A DNA stretch of 64,000 nucleotides from an uncultured archaeon (GTDB lineage Archaea; Aenigmatarchaeota; Aenigmatarchaeia; CG10238-14; SCSR01), in assembly GCA_964400475.1 (NCBI GenBank), contig CAYNTH010000002.1, positions 991 to 64,990 on the forward strand, written 5' to 3'. The notes beneath the pieces were generated by a model that was not told the origin of the DNA, searched no databases, and was given only the letters and a program-made list of their open reading frames with translations. Below, piece by piece: positions 29,095 through 38,176 of this stretch (the first letter of the stretch is position 1; each line of letters opens with the position of its first letter). The position numbers were made by a program, and so were the translations under genes.

Positions 29095-29625
29095 TTATCC
29101 TATTTTCATTCTATTCTTAACGTAATCCGTTTCTTCATCGCTCAATTTTTTCTGGGGTTTCTTGTTCTCGATCTCTTCTTTTTCAACTTCTTCAACAGTC
29201 TCTTCTTTCTTCTTTGGTGGATTTTTGTTCATACCCGCTTTCAATTTTTTAGCGATATCCCTGATTTCCTCTTTGGACATTTCTTTGACTTTACCTATTA
29301 CAGGTATTTCAGGATGCCCGTCGTCTTCGAATCTCGGTACAACGTGTATATGGGCATGTGGGACTCCGAGGCCAGCCGTGATTATATTCACGAATTTCGC
29401 ACCTAAAGAAGCGACAGCTGTCAGTGCGACCGATTTCGCAACTTCGGCATATTCTCCAAAATCCTCCACTTCATAAGTCCATCTTTCATGTTTCTTCGGT
29501 ATGACAAGTGTGTGTCCTTTGGTTAACGGGTTTATGTCAAGGAACGCGATAAATTTGTCGTTTTCGTAAATGATGTTCGCTGGTATCTCCTTTTTGGAAA
29601 TCTTGCAGAATATGCATTCATTCAT
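29095..29625 (-). CDS. HIT-family nucleotide hydrolase/transferase with Lys/Glu-rich C-terminal tail
   Basis: 176 aa. CIFCKI.., histidine triad HAHIHVVP. About 50-aa charged tail (KKKEETVEEVEKEEIENKKPQKK). Confidence 0.88.
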   Translation of the reverse strand: MNECIFCKISKKEIPANIIYENDKFIAFLDINPLTKGHTLVIPKKHERWTYEVEDFGEYAEVAKSVALTAVASLGAKFVNIITAGLGVPHAHIHVVPRFEDDGHPEIPVIGKVKEMSKEEIRDIAKKLKAGMNKNPPKKKEETVEEVEKEEIENKKPQKKLSDEETDYVKNRMKIG

Positions 29626-29770
29626 AGAATTAATTTATGGAGTGACCTTTATAAAAGAAGAAAAGTTAATAAGTTTAAGAATTTTAATTAATTCCCTGCC
29701 TTAATAGTTACATAAGGCACACTGCCAACATTATCCGGCGGAAGTTGGTAAAATGACAATAAATAAAAGC

Positions 29771-29785
29771 ATTAAATATAAAATT
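29771..29785 (+). promoter_or_regulatory. Candidate TATA box for the L3 operon
   Basis: ATTAAATATAAAATT centred about 31 nt upstream of the rpl3 ATG (29809). This implies a very short or absent leader. Sequence-only guess. Confidence 0.3.
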
Positions 29786-29808
29786 GCTATATTCAAAGAG
29801 GCGATGGC

Positions 29809-30825
29809 ATGCCCACAAGACGAAAACCAAGATCAGGATCTTTGCAATTTTGGCCAAGGAAGAGGGCCAAGCGGATGTATCCGCGTATTAGTAAGTATCC
29901 TTCTATAGACGAGATAGAATTGGACAGGCCAAAACTCCTTGGTTTCGCTGGTTACAAAGCAGGAATGCTTCATATTATCATGAAAGACACGATCAAGGGT
30001 TCTCCAACATTCGGCCAGGACATCAGTGTTCCTGTGACGGTGTTTGATTGTCCTCCATTGTTCGTTGTCGCTGTTCGTGTTTATAAAAATTCTCCTTATG
30101 GGTTGTCTGTTATAACTGAAGCTTGGGTCGACAAAAGACCGAAAGGACTTGTACTTGGTAAAATATCTAAACCCAAGAAGTCGAATAAGAACAATTCCAG
30201 TACCCAGTTCGCCAAGATGAGGAAAAATATAGATGACATATCTAACATTAGATTGGTAGTTGCGACCCAACCAAAATTGGCAGGATTCGGCAAGAAGAAA
30301 TCTGATATATTCGAAATAGAAGTTATCGGAAAATCGGTTGAGGATAAATTGAAATTCAGTGAAGATATTTTGGGCAATACCGTTTCTCCAAGCGATGTAC
30401 TACGGGAAGGAGAGTTGGTCGATACAATTGCTGTGACAAAGGGTTATGGAACGCAGGGTCCTGTTAAGAGATTTGGCATTGTCATACAGGGTCCTGGTGC
30501 AAAGGGCAAGAGACGGCATGTTGGTTCTTTGGGTCAGGAAAGTCCTGGTAAGGTCAGATGGAGTGTTCCACAGGCTGGTCAAACAGGGTTGCACAGGAGA
30601 ACGGAATACAACAAGAGAATATTGCAGATAAATGAATCCGAGAACGCCGGAGACGATATCACTCCTAGTAGCGGGTTCAAACATTATGGGAAGATAAACG
30701 GTTCTTATTTATTGGTAAAGGGGTCTGTGCCCGGAACTCGAAAGAGGTTGGTCATATTCAGGACTCCGATAAGAGTGGCCACACATAAATTCCTTAAACC
30801 AGAAATCAAAGAAATCGTAAAGTGA
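29809..30825 (+). CDS. rpl3: 50S ribosomal protein L3 (uL3)
   Basis: 338 aa. ..RKPRSGSLQFWPRKRA.. start, ..TKGYGTQGPVKRFG.. block. First gene of the L3-L4-L23-L2 series. Confidence 0.93.
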   Translation: MPTRRKPRSGSLQFWPRKRAKRMYPRISKYPSIDEIELDRPKLLGFAGYKAGMLHIIMKDTIKGSPTFGQDISVPVTVFDCPPLFVVAVRVYKNSPYGLSVITEAWVDKRPKGLVLGKISKPKKSNKNNSSTQFAKMRKNIDDISNIRLVVATQPKLAGFGKKKSDIFEIEVIGKSVEDKLKFSEDILGNTVSPSDVLREGELVDTIAVTKGYGTQGPVKRFGIVIQGPGAKGKRRHVGSLGQESPGKVRWSVPQAGQTGLHRRTEYNKRILQINESENAGDDITPSSGFKHYGKINGSYLLVKGSVPGTRKRLVIFRTPIRVATHKFLKPEIKEIVK

Positions 30826-30830
30826 GTTTT

Positions 30831-31637
30831 ATGAAAGCGGAAATATATGACTTGAATGGAAAAGGGATCGATAGCATGGAATTGCCTAGTATCTTTTCTA
30901 CAAGAGTCAGACACGATTTGATTATTCGTTCATTTTTGAGTACGATGAGCAAGAAAAGACAGCCACATGGTACTGACAAACGTGCCGGTCAAAAGAGCTC
31001 CGCAAGTTATAGAGGACGCAGAAGAGGTATAAGATGGTCCATGATGGGACGGGAAATGGCGAGGATGCCGAGGTTACATGGTAAAATACCCGGCTATCTT
31101 ATGTACAGAGCTAGAACTGTTCCACAATCTGTCAAGGGTAGGACAGCTCATCCACCGAAGACAGAGAAGATATGGACAGAAAAGATGAATAAAAAGGAAA
31201 GGAAATTGGCCATAATATCCGCTATTGCTGCTACATCCGACAAAGACTTGATAATTGAACGGGGACATATCGTGGATGATGTGAAGTCGGTCCCAATAAT
31301 CGTTGAGGACGCGATTGAAAGTATCAAAAAGACTTCTGAAATTTATGATGTTTTGGAATTAATCGGTCTAGAGAAGGAATTGGACAGGGTCAAAAAAAGA
31401 AAGATACGATCGGGTAAAGGACCCAGTAGGGGGAGAAAGTATAAACAGAAGATAGGGCCGTTGATAGTTGTTTCCAACGATAACGGGATATCCAGGGCAG
31501 CGAGGAACATTCCTGGTGTTCATGTGTCCAATGTTAAGAATTTATCGGTTGAATATCTGGCGCCAGGCGCGATGTCAGGTAGGATTGTTGTATTCAGTAA
31601 GAGCGCGATTGAAGAATTGGGTGAGAATAATGGCTAA
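30831..31637 (+). CDS. rpl4: 50S ribosomal protein L4 (uL4)
   Basis: The MKAEIYDLNGK start fits uL4. The track ORF begins at GTG 30822, overlapping the L3 stop. Has the ..RGRRRGIRWSM..PRLHGK.. block. Confidence 0.9.
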   Translation: MKAEIYDLNGKGIDSMELPSIFSTRVRHDLIIRSFLSTMSKKRQPHGTDKRAGQKSSASYRGRRRGIRWSMMGREMARMPRLHGKIPGYLMYRARTVPQSVKGRTAHPPKTEKIWTEKMNKKERKLAIISAIAATSDKDLIIERGHIVDDVKSVPIIVEDAIESIKKTSEIYDVLELIGLEKELDRVKKRKIRSGKGPSRGRKYKQKIGPLIVVSNDNGISRAARNIPGVHVSNVKNLSVEYLAPGAMSGRIVVFSKSAIEELGENNG

Positions 31638-31890
31638 ATGGAAATATTTGAAATATCCGCATCTAACAGAGAAGTCGATGATGCTAGTGGATAATTCGAA
31701 TGTTATTGTGTTTATAGTGGATTTGAATTCTAACAAGAGAGAGATAAAGAGAGAATTCGAGGAGGTCTTCGATGTCAAGATAGCGAAGGTCAACACAGAA
31801 ATCACACCTGAAGCCAAGAAAAAGGCTTATATAAAACTTGAAAAGGAATATAATGCTGCTGATGTCGCAGTCAAGTTGGGTGTTGTCTAA
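31630..31890 (+). CDS. rpl23: 50S ribosomal protein L23 (uL23)
   Basis: 86 aa starting MAKWKYLKYPHLTEKSM. The track ORF (31468) carries an in-frame extension that overlaps L4 and was trimmed. Confidence 0.9.
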   Translation: MAKWKYLKYPHLTEKSMMLVDNSNVIVFIVDLNSNKREIKREFEEVFDVKIAKVNTEITPEAKKKAYIKLEKEYNAADVAVKLGVV

Positions 31891-31902
31891 TAGGTGATGT
31901 AA

Positions 31903-32631
31903 ATGGGTAAACGAATAATCGCAAGGGCCCGTGGTAAGGGAGGATCACAGTATCGTGCTCCTAGTCATAGATATGTTGGCAAGGTCGGTTATGTATCAAG
32001 TCAATTCATAGACAAGACTTCCAAGGGCGTAGTGAAGGACATAATCCACGACCCAGCGAGGAATGCACCTTTAGCAATTATAAAGTTCGACGGTTTGAAG
32101 GAGGAGACTTTTCAAGTTGCTCCCAAGGGTCTTTATGTCGGACAGGATATTATTTATGACGGCGATTCCGATATCGGAAATGTTCTTAAGTTGAAGGATG
32201 TCCCAATCGGTACCAAGATTTCCGCAATAGAGAATAGGCCCAATTCAGGACCGAAAATGTGCAGGAGTTCGGGTAGCTTCGCAACAGTCACAAGTAAATC
32301 GGAAGGTAAGGTCGTTGTCAAATTCCCGTCAGGTAAATCAAAATCTCTGAATGATTCTTGCAGGGCAACCATTGGTGTGCCTGCGGGCGGTGGTAGGTTG
32401 GAGAAACCATGGGTAAAAGCAGGTAAGAAACACCATGCGCTTAGAGCTCGCGGTAAGCTGTACCCAAGAACATCTGGAGTCGCAATGACCGCCACGGATC
32501 ACCCATATGGTGGTCAGAGGAAAGCTCCAAGACCATCTGGGACAGTTGGTAGAAATGCTCCTCCAGGCGCTAAAGTTGGAAGCATCGCTGCTAGAAGGAT
32601 GGGTAAAAGAAAAGGAAAGAAAAGAAAATGA
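31903..32631 (+). CDS. rpl2: 50S ribosomal protein L2 (uL2)
   Basis: 242 aa. ..GKGGSQYRAPSHR.., ..AMTATDHPYGGQRKAPRPSG.. blocks. Confidence 0.93.
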   Translation: MGKRIIARARGKGGSQYRAPSHRYVGKVGYVSSQFIDKTSKGVVKDIIHDPARNAPLAIIKFDGLKEETFQVAPKGLYVGQDIIYDGDSDIGNVLKLKDVPIGTKISAIENRPNSGPKMCRSSGSFATVTSKSEGKVVVKFPSGKSKSLNDSCRATIGVPAGGGRLEKPWVKAGKKHHALRARGKLYPRTSGVAMTATDHPYGGQRKAPRPSGTVGRNAPPGAKVGSIAARRMGKRKGKKRK

Positions 32632-32641
32632 GTGTGGTTAT

Positions 32642-33025
32642 ATGGCAAAGGATTTTAAATTCAGGGGATATGGCGTAGAAGAATTGAAGGACATGAGCAT
32701 TTCTGAGTTTAGTGAATTGTGCAGGTCAAAAGAGAGAAGGACGCTGAAAAGAGGGTTCACTAAAGCACAGAAGAAATTATTGAAGAATATAAAAGAAAAG
32801 CCCGAGAAATTCCATAAGACGCATGAGAGAGATTTGGTGATTATACCCCAGATGCTGGGAGTCAGAATGGGAATACATAACGGTAAGGATTGGATAACGA
32901 TAGACATTACCCCCGAAAAATTGGGATATAGGTTGGGAGAATTTGTTATGACGCGTGAACGCGTGCAGCACTCAGCCCCAGGAGTCGGTGCTTCTAGATC
33001 AACAAAATTTGTTTCAATCAAGTAA
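32642..33025 (+). CDS. rps19: 30S ribosomal protein S19 (uS19)
   Basis: 127 aa from the ATG at 32642 (MAKDFKFRGYG..). Core ..GVRMGIHNGKDWITIDITPEKLGYRLGEFVMTR... The upstream in-frame track extension overlaps L2 and was trimmed. Confidence 0.92.
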   Translation: MAKDFKFRGYGVEELKDMSISEFSELCRSKERRTLKRGFTKAQKKLLKNIKEKPEKFHKTHERDLVIIPQMLGVRMGIHNGKDWITIDITPEKLGYRLGEFVMTRERVQHSAPGVGASRSTKFVSIK

Positions 33026-33035
33026 GGTGAGTTAG

Positions 33036-33698
33036 TTGGCTAAGAAACAAAAGGAGAAACCAAAAAAAGATGTTGAATCCACTGATCACATGGAAAAAAA
33101 TACAGATAAGAAAACATCTGGAAAAAATGTGAAGAGTGGGACAAGTAAAGAGAAGAAAAAAATAGCAGATAAAGAAAGTAAGAAAGACGAATCTGTTGAT
33201 GGGAAAAAGGATGGTAAGTCGAATAAGAAAGAAGATGTACAAAAATCCGAAAAAAAGACAGGCGAAAAAGCTGACAAAAGTGAAACAAGAACCAAGGAGA
33301 AGAAAGACGAAGTTGATGAACCTCGTCCGAAACCGAAGAAAAATAAGGCCAGTGCGAGAATAGAGAATGCTAGGATATCTTTCAAGGACTCGAAGATAAT
33401 ATGTAGAAAAATCAAGAATTGGAAATTATCAAAGGCCAAGGACTTCTTACAGGATTTATTGGATGAGAAAAAAAACATCGACGGCAAATATCATACCAAG
33501 GCCGCAGAGAAGATATTGGAATTGCTCACTAACGTTGAAGCCAATTCATTTTATAATGGATTAGATAACGAGCGGCTTTTCATTTACAGTATAAAGTCCG
33601 ACAAAGGCAGAACTTTTTATAGACCGCGATCGAAGAATAATAGACGTGGTGAGAGAGCGAAAATGACGCATCTGGAAGTGATTGTGGGTGAGAAGTGA
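33036..33698 (+). CDS. rpl22: 50S ribosomal protein L22 (uL22) with about 95-aa Lys-rich N-terminal extension
   Basis: 220 aa. TTG start with AAGGTGA RBS 6-12 nt upstream. Core ASARIENARISFKDSKIICRKIK... to ...THLEVIVGEK. No in-frame ATG/GTG/TTG just before the core, so the extension appears to be translated. Confidence 0.85.
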   Translation: MAKKQKEKPKKDVESTDHMEKNTDKKTSGKNVKSGTSKEKKKIADKESKKDESVDGKKDGKSNKKEDVQKSEKKTGEKADKSETRTKEKKDEVDEPRPKPKKNKASARIENARISFKDSKIICRKIKNWKLSKAKDFLQDLLDEKKNIDGKYHTKAAEKILELLTNVEANSFYNGLDNERLFIYSIKSDKGRTFYRPRSKNNRRGERAKMTHLEVIVGEK

Positions 33699-33702
33699 TT
33701 AG

Positions 33703-34470
33703 ATGGCAATAGAGAGGAAATTCATCAAGGAGGGCATAAAGGAAGCCCAGATAGAGACATTTCTAAATGAAAAATTCGATCGGGCGGGATATAGTCATTC
33801 TAAAATAGAGCGAACTCCTGTTGGAACGAGGATAGTCGTATATGCGAATAAACCTGGTTTGATTATAGGTAGGTCTGGCAGTAGAGTGAGGAGGATAACT
33901 GAAGAAATAAAAGAAAAATTCGATTATGAGAATCCACTCGTCGATGTTCGTGAGATAGAGAACCCATTCTTGGATGCAACGATAGTTGCGAAAAGAATAG
34001 CGAATTCACTCGAACGTGGAATACACTATAAGAGGGTTTGTAATTATTATCTACATAAAGTCATGGAAGTCGGTGCTGTTGGAATTCAGATAAGAGTTGC
34101 TGGTAAAGTTGCCGGGGTTTCCAGGTCCAGGTTTAAGAAGTTCAGGGCTGGGTTTATAGCTCATTCGGGTGACTATGCTGAGAAACTAGTTGATGTTGGT
34201 TATGCTCAGGCTGTACTGAGGCCGGGTATAGGCGGGATACGGGTTAAGATAATGAAGGAAAAGTCGCAGGAGGTAATGGTTGAGGAGTTGATCGATAAGA
34301 TTGAAGACAAACCTCCACTTGAAGATGAAGAAGAAAAAACTAAAAAACCCAAAAAGAAAACAAAGAAGAAGAAATCCAAGAAAAAGAAGAAGTCTGATAA
34401 GGTAGATGAAGACAAAAAAGAAAATAAAGACCAAAAATCGGAAAATGAAGATAGTAAAAAAGAGAAATAG
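33703..34470 (+). CDS. rps3: 30S ribosomal protein S3 (uS3) with Lys/Glu-rich C-terminal tail
   Basis: 255 aa. KH domain ..PVGTRIVVYANKPGLIIGRSGSRV... Tail KPPLEDEEEKTKKPKKKTKKKKSKKKKKSDK... Confidence 0.92.
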   Translation: MAIERKFIKEGIKEAQIETFLNEKFDRAGYSHSKIERTPVGTRIVVYANKPGLIIGRSGSRVRRITEEIKEKFDYENPLVDVREIENPFLDATIVAKRIANSLERGIHYKRVCNYYLHKVMEVGAVGIQIRVAGKVAGVSRSRFKKFRAGFIAHSGDYAEKLVDVGYAQAVLRPGIGGIRVKIMKEKSQEVMVEELIDKIEDKPPLEDEEEKTKKPKKKTKKKKSKKKKKSDKVDEDKKENKDQKSENEDSKKEK

Positions 34471-34516
34471 TTTTTATAACTTATGTTAAATTAAGAATTA
34501 GGACGGTAGAATTGTT

Positions 34517-34729
34517 GTGAAGATGAATGAAATAAGAGAATTGGGTCCCGAAGATTTGGACAAGAAACTTTCTGAGTTGCGTTTGGAACTTAGTAAGGAG
34601 TACGGGACCGTGAAAATGGGGAGAGCTACAAAAAACCCCGGGAAAATTAGACAATTGAGGAAAACTATATCACGAATTCTAACTGTTAAAAGAGAGAACG
34701 AATTAGCTGAAAAAAGAGGTAAAAAGTAA
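34517..34729 (+). CDS. rpl29: 50S ribosomal protein L29 (uL29)
   Basis: 70 aa (GTG start; ATG alternative at 34523). EIRELGPEDLDKKLSELRLEL.. typical of uL29. Follows S3. Confidence 0.85.
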   Translation: MKMNEIRELGPEDLDKKLSELRLELSKEYGTVKMGRATKNPGKIRQLRKTISRILTVKRENELAEKRGKK

Positions 34730-34731
34730 AA

Positions 34732-35031
34732 ATGGCAGAAATTTGTCCCAAGTGTGGATTACCAGAAGAATTGTGTACTTGCGGAGTTAGGGAACGCGAA
34801 GAACAGAAAATAAAAGTATTCTTGGAGACCAGAAGATTTGGAAAAAAGACCACATTGATAAGTGGTATAGAGGACGATGGTAAAAGCCTTTCTAAGAAGC
34901 TAAAGTCCAAGCTAGCGTGTGGTGGGACCTTCAAAAACGGTAATATAGAATTACAAGGCGACCATCGAAATAGACTGAAGGATATATTGGTAAATCTCGG
35001 GTTCGATGAGAATAGGATAGAGATACGATAG
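34732..35031 (+). CDS. sui1: Translation initiation factor aSUI1 (eIF1 homologue)
   Basis: 99 aa. N-terminal CPKCG..CTC zinc knuckle, then ..RRFGKKTTLISGI..LKSKLACGGTFKNGNIELQGDHR... Confidence 0.9.
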   Translation: MAEICPKCGLPEELCTCGVREREEQKIKVFLETRRFGKKTTLISGIEDDGKSLSKKLKSKLACGGTFKNGNIELQGDHRNRLKDILVNLGFDENRIEIR

Positions 35032-35114
35032 TTTCGCGGTTCAAAAACGTTGAAGTTACAAATGAACAGAGTTAGTTATAGACTTCATTTGGATCCTAGG
35101 TAAAAATTTAATAT

Positions 35115-35420
35115 ATGCTTCGCAAAATTAACTGTATGCCAATAACAGTGGATAACATAATGAGGCACGAATTAATCGGGCTCGAAGTGGATATAGTCGA
35201 TAGTACTGACAAAACACTTGAAGACGTGAGCGGAAAAGTCGTTGACGAGAGTTATAATATGTTGAAAATAGAGACAGATGATATGAGGGAATTGTCTTTG
35301 CCCAAAAAGAATAGTATATTTATATTTAGCCTACCAAATGGTGATAAAGTCAAAGTAAATGGCGATGTTTTGGTCAGCAGGCCAGAAGATAGGATAAAGA
35401 AAAAATTTAAAAAATGGTAA
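35115..35420 (+). CDS. rnp1: RNase P protein component 1 (Rpp29/Pop4)
   Basis: 101 aa. HELIGLEVDIVDSTD...GKVVDESYNMLKIET pattern. Canonical position between L29/SUI1 and S17. Confidence 0.8.
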   Translation: MLRKINCMPITVDNIMRHELIGLEVDIVDSTDKTLEDVSGKVVDESYNMLKIETDDMRELSLPKKNSIFIFSLPNGDKVKVNGDVLVSRPEDRIKKKFKKW

Positions 35421-35466
35421 AAATTATAACTGTTAAAACAAGAGAAAAGATGTAAGGTGAACAAGA

Positions 35467-35808
35467 ATGGCAAAGAAAATTGCAGAAGCGAGGGACATAG
35501 GGATAGACGTTAGCCCCCCAAAGGAGACATGTAATGATGATTTTTGTCCCTTCCACGGTACATTGCCTGTACGAGGTAAAGTAATGGAAGGCAAGGTAGT
35601 TTCAACAAAAGCCCAAGGAACGGTCGTAGTGGAAAGAACCTATGCCCACTTCTTCCCGAAATATGAAAGATATGAGAGGAGGCACAGCAGATTCAATGTC
35701 CATAATACACCGTGTATACCTCTAGAAGTCGGTGACAAGGTTAAGATTGCTGAATGCAGACCCTTGAGTAAGACCAAACATTTCGTTGTTGTCGAATTAT
35801 TGGAATAA
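35467..35808 (+). CDS. rps17: 30S ribosomal protein S17 (uS17)
   Basis: 113 aa. ..[25 protein letters not shown].. and ..[21 protein letters not shown]... Confidence 0.9.
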   Translation: MAKKIAEARDIGIDVSPPKETCNDDFCPFHGTLPVRGKVMEGKVVSTKAQGTVVVERTYAHFFPKYERYERRHSRFNVHNTPCIPLEVGDKVKIAECRPLSKTKHFVVVELLE

Positions 35809-35819
35809 ATGTGTTTGTC

Positions 35820-36218
35820 ATGAAACCTATTAGTTCAAGTGTTAGACGAGGACTTTCGCAGGGAAGTATCGTAAAATGTGCAGATAATACAGGGGCGAAG
35901 TTGTTGAGAGTAATATCATTCAAGGGCTATAAAGGTGTTAAAAGACGTAAACCTAGAGGGGGAATCGCTGATTGGGTTAAATGCAGCGTTATTAAGGGTA
36001 ACGTGAAGATTAGAAAACAAGTCGTTGATGCTGTTATCATAAGACAAAAAGCTTCATATAGGAGAAACGATGGGATGAGAGTAGAGTTTGAGGATAATGC
36101 CGCTGTATTGATAAATGAAAATGGCGAGGCAAGGGGGACACAGATAAAGGGGCCTGTTGCACGGGAGGCAGTCGAGAGATTCTCGACAATAGGAAAGATA
36201 TCCAATATAATAGTATGA
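35820..36218 (+). CDS. rpl14: 50S ribosomal protein L14 (uL14)
   Basis: The ATG at 35820 gives MKPISSSVRRGL..VKCADNTGAK... The track starts at GTG 35811. Confidence 0.92.
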   Translation: MKPISSSVRRGLSQGSIVKCADNTGAKLLRVISFKGYKGVKRRKPRGGIADWVKCSVIKGNVKIRKQVVDAVIIRQKASYRRNDGMRVEFEDNAAVLINENGEARGTQIKGPVAREAVERFSTIGKISNIIV

Positions 36219-36228
36219 GTTGTTAATT

Positions 36229-36615
36229 ATGAGAAGACCTAAATCGAAAAAACCAAAGAAGCAGAGAAATTTCCAGAGAGATGCACCACTGCACATACGT
36301 AGAAAAATGATGGCGTCTCATTTGTCCGATGAACTAAGGTCTAAGTATGGTAGGCGCAGTTTCCCTGTCAGACAAGGTGATGAAGTTGTTGTAATGCGGG
36401 GAGGCTTCAAGGGTAAAGACGGGAAGATAACCAAATTAGATTTGGACAGTTATAGAGTTTATATAGAAGGTTTAACTGTTAGGAAGAGCGATGGTACAGA
36501 GAGGCAGGCGGCAATACATACATCAAACTTAAAAATCACAAAATTAAATTTGGAAGACAAGAAGCGGGTATCTGCTCTTGAGAGAACTAAGAAAGAATCG
36601 GGTGAAAAGAAATGA
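36229..36615 (+). CDS. rpl24: 50S ribosomal protein L24 (uL24)
   Basis: KOW motif ..VRQGDEVVVMRGGFKGKDGKITK... ATG at 36229 (track: TTG 36220). Confidence 0.9.
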   Translation: MRRPKSKKPKKQRNFQRDAPLHIRRKMMASHLSDELRSKYGRRSFPVRQGDEVVVMRGGFKGKDGKITKLDLDSYRVYIEGLTVRKSDGTERQAAIHTSNLKITKLNLEDKKRVSALERTKKESGEKK

Positions 36616-37319
36616 AAAGACATCTAAAAAGACTGAGGGTTCCGAAATTTTGGAAAATACCGAAGAAGGTGTATAAGTGGGCACCAAAACCAAGTCCAGG
36701 CCCACACAAAGCATTCGAGTCAATACCATTGGTGATTATTGTAAGGGATATTTTGGGTATAGCTGATACATCCAAGGAAGCCAAATCCATTATAAAGATG
36801 GGAAATATCTTGGTCGATGGCAAAGCCAGGAAAGACATAAAATATCCTGTTGGACTGATGGATGTGATAACTGTACCTGAACTGAAGATGAGATATAGGA
36901 TATTTCCAACTAATCATGGATTGGAATTGGTTGAAATAGATGCAGACGAATCTAAAAAGAAAATTTACAAGGTTGAAAACAAAGTCTACGTGAAGAATAA
37001 AAAAATACAGTTGAATCTTCACGATAATACCAATATATTGTTGGACGAGAAAGACGGGAACAAATATAAGACAGGCGATTCTGTTTTGATGGATCTCGAT
37101 AAAAAAGAGATAGAGAAACACTTGAAGTTGAAAAAAGGCAACATGATAGTTATCACAAGGGGTAAGAACATCGGTGTATGGGGTAAGATAGATGATGTTG
37201 TTATCACGAAAACAAAAGAACCGACAAAGGTAATCTGTGATGTTGATGGTGAAATGTTGGAAGTTATCAAGGACTATATTTTTGTAATAGGTGAGAAAGA
37301 AAGCGCTATAAATGTCTAA
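36612..37319 (+). CDS. rps4e: 30S ribosomal protein S4e (eS4)
   Basis: 235 aa. MKRHLKRLRVPKFWKIPKK..WAPKPSPGPH start. ATGA overlap with the L24 stop. Confidence 0.92.
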   Translation: MKRHLKRLRVPKFWKIPKKVYKWAPKPSPGPHKAFESIPLVIIVRDILGIADTSKEAKSIIKMGNILVDGKARKDIKYPVGLMDVITVPELKMRYRIFPTNHGLELVEIDADESKKKIYKVENKVYVKNKKIQLNLHDNTNILLDEKDGNKYKTGDSVLMDLDKKEIEKHLKLKKGNMIVITRGKNIGVWGKIDDVVITKTKEPTKVICDVDGEMLEVIKDYIFVIGEKESAINV

Positions 37320-37329
37320 GGTGTTCTAG

Positions 37330-37854
37330 ATGGCAGGAAATATGGGAAACGTGATGCGAAGAATCGAACTGGATAAAGTCACCGTAAATATCGGCTGCGG
37401 TGGAGACGAGGATGATATAGAGAGGGCGATAAATCTCATACGCATGCTAACGAACGATAAAACACCTGTTGTCACTCTCTCGAAGACGAGAAGCACTTTT
37501 GGCGTTTCTACAGGCAACCCCGTGGGTGTCAAATTGACTTTGAGAGGACAGGACGCAATGGATTTTTTGAAGTTGTCCTTTGGTGGCGTTGATGAAATAA
37601 ATGAGTCCCAATTTGACGATGAGGGGAATTTTAGTTTTGGCGTTAAGGAATATATCGAACTTCCTGGGATAAAATATCAACACGATATAGGTATGTTCGG
37701 GTTTGATGTTGCTGTCACATTGAAGAGGCCTGGGTTCAGAATAAGCAAGAGAAAAATTCAAAGGAGAAAGATTCCCGGTAGACATAAAATAACGAGCGGA
37801 GAATCGATGGCTTGGGTCAAGGACAATTTCGATAACATCGAAATTACAGGTTAA
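37330..37854 (+). CDS. rpl5: 50S ribosomal protein L5 (uL5)
   Basis: 174 aa. ..LDKVTVNIGCGG.., ..FSFGVKEYIELPGIKY..GMFGFDVAVTL... Confidence 0.92.
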   Translation: MAGNMGNVMRRIELDKVTVNIGCGGDEDDIERAINLIRMLTNDKTPVVTLSKTRSTFGVSTGNPVGVKLTLRGQDAMDFLKLSFGGVDEINESQFDDEGNFSFGVKEYIELPGIKYQHDIGMFGFDVAVTLKRPGFRISKRKIQRRKIPGRHKITSGESMAWVKDNFDNIEITG

Positions 37855-37893
37855 ATATATGAGGAAGAATTTTATATAAAGAGGTAGGCAAAA

Positions 37894-38163
37894 TTGGGCA
37901 ATTCAAATAATGATAACATAGAGAATGACATTTTTGAAATAGATTTCGTATTGAATGGTAGTGATATAAAAAGATTCATGGAATTCATGAATGCAACGAA
38001 TAAGTTTTCGGGCATCGTATTTAAAAAAGCCGAGTTAGAAAATAATTTCAATAAAGTATATTCACAAGCAATCAAGAAGCTGGTCGAATTCCAGTTCTAT
38101 GATTTCAAGGAGGAGATAGACCATGAGAACTTCCTTGAGATATTCGGTGAGGCCGGTGGATAG
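37894..38163 (+). CDS. Orphan hypothetical protein inserted between rpl5 and rps14
   Basis: 89-aa ORF. TTG start with GAGGT RBS 8 nt upstream and a TTTATATAAA element at 37871-37880. No recognisable family. Confidence 0.45.
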   Translation: MGNSNNDNIENDIFEIDFVLNGSDIKRFMEFMNATNKFSGIVFKKAELENNFNKVYSQAIKKLVEFQFYDFKEEIDHENFLEIFGEAGG

Positions 38164-38176
38164 TTAGTTGGTTAAT

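Noticed and set aside
31468-31629. In-frame upstream extension of the rpl23 ORF (and likewise 32507-32641 for rps19)
   Set aside because: The extensions lie inside rpl4 and rpl2 respectively and have no ribosomal-protein similarity. The conserved N-termini begin at the internal ATGs.
33040-33487. - strand ORFs (82 and 133 aa, plus 33018-33242) antisense to the rpl22 extension
   Set aside because: The same shadow-ORF effect of a purine-rich coding strand. The + frame is tightly spaced after rps19, has an RBS, and runs into the uL22 core.
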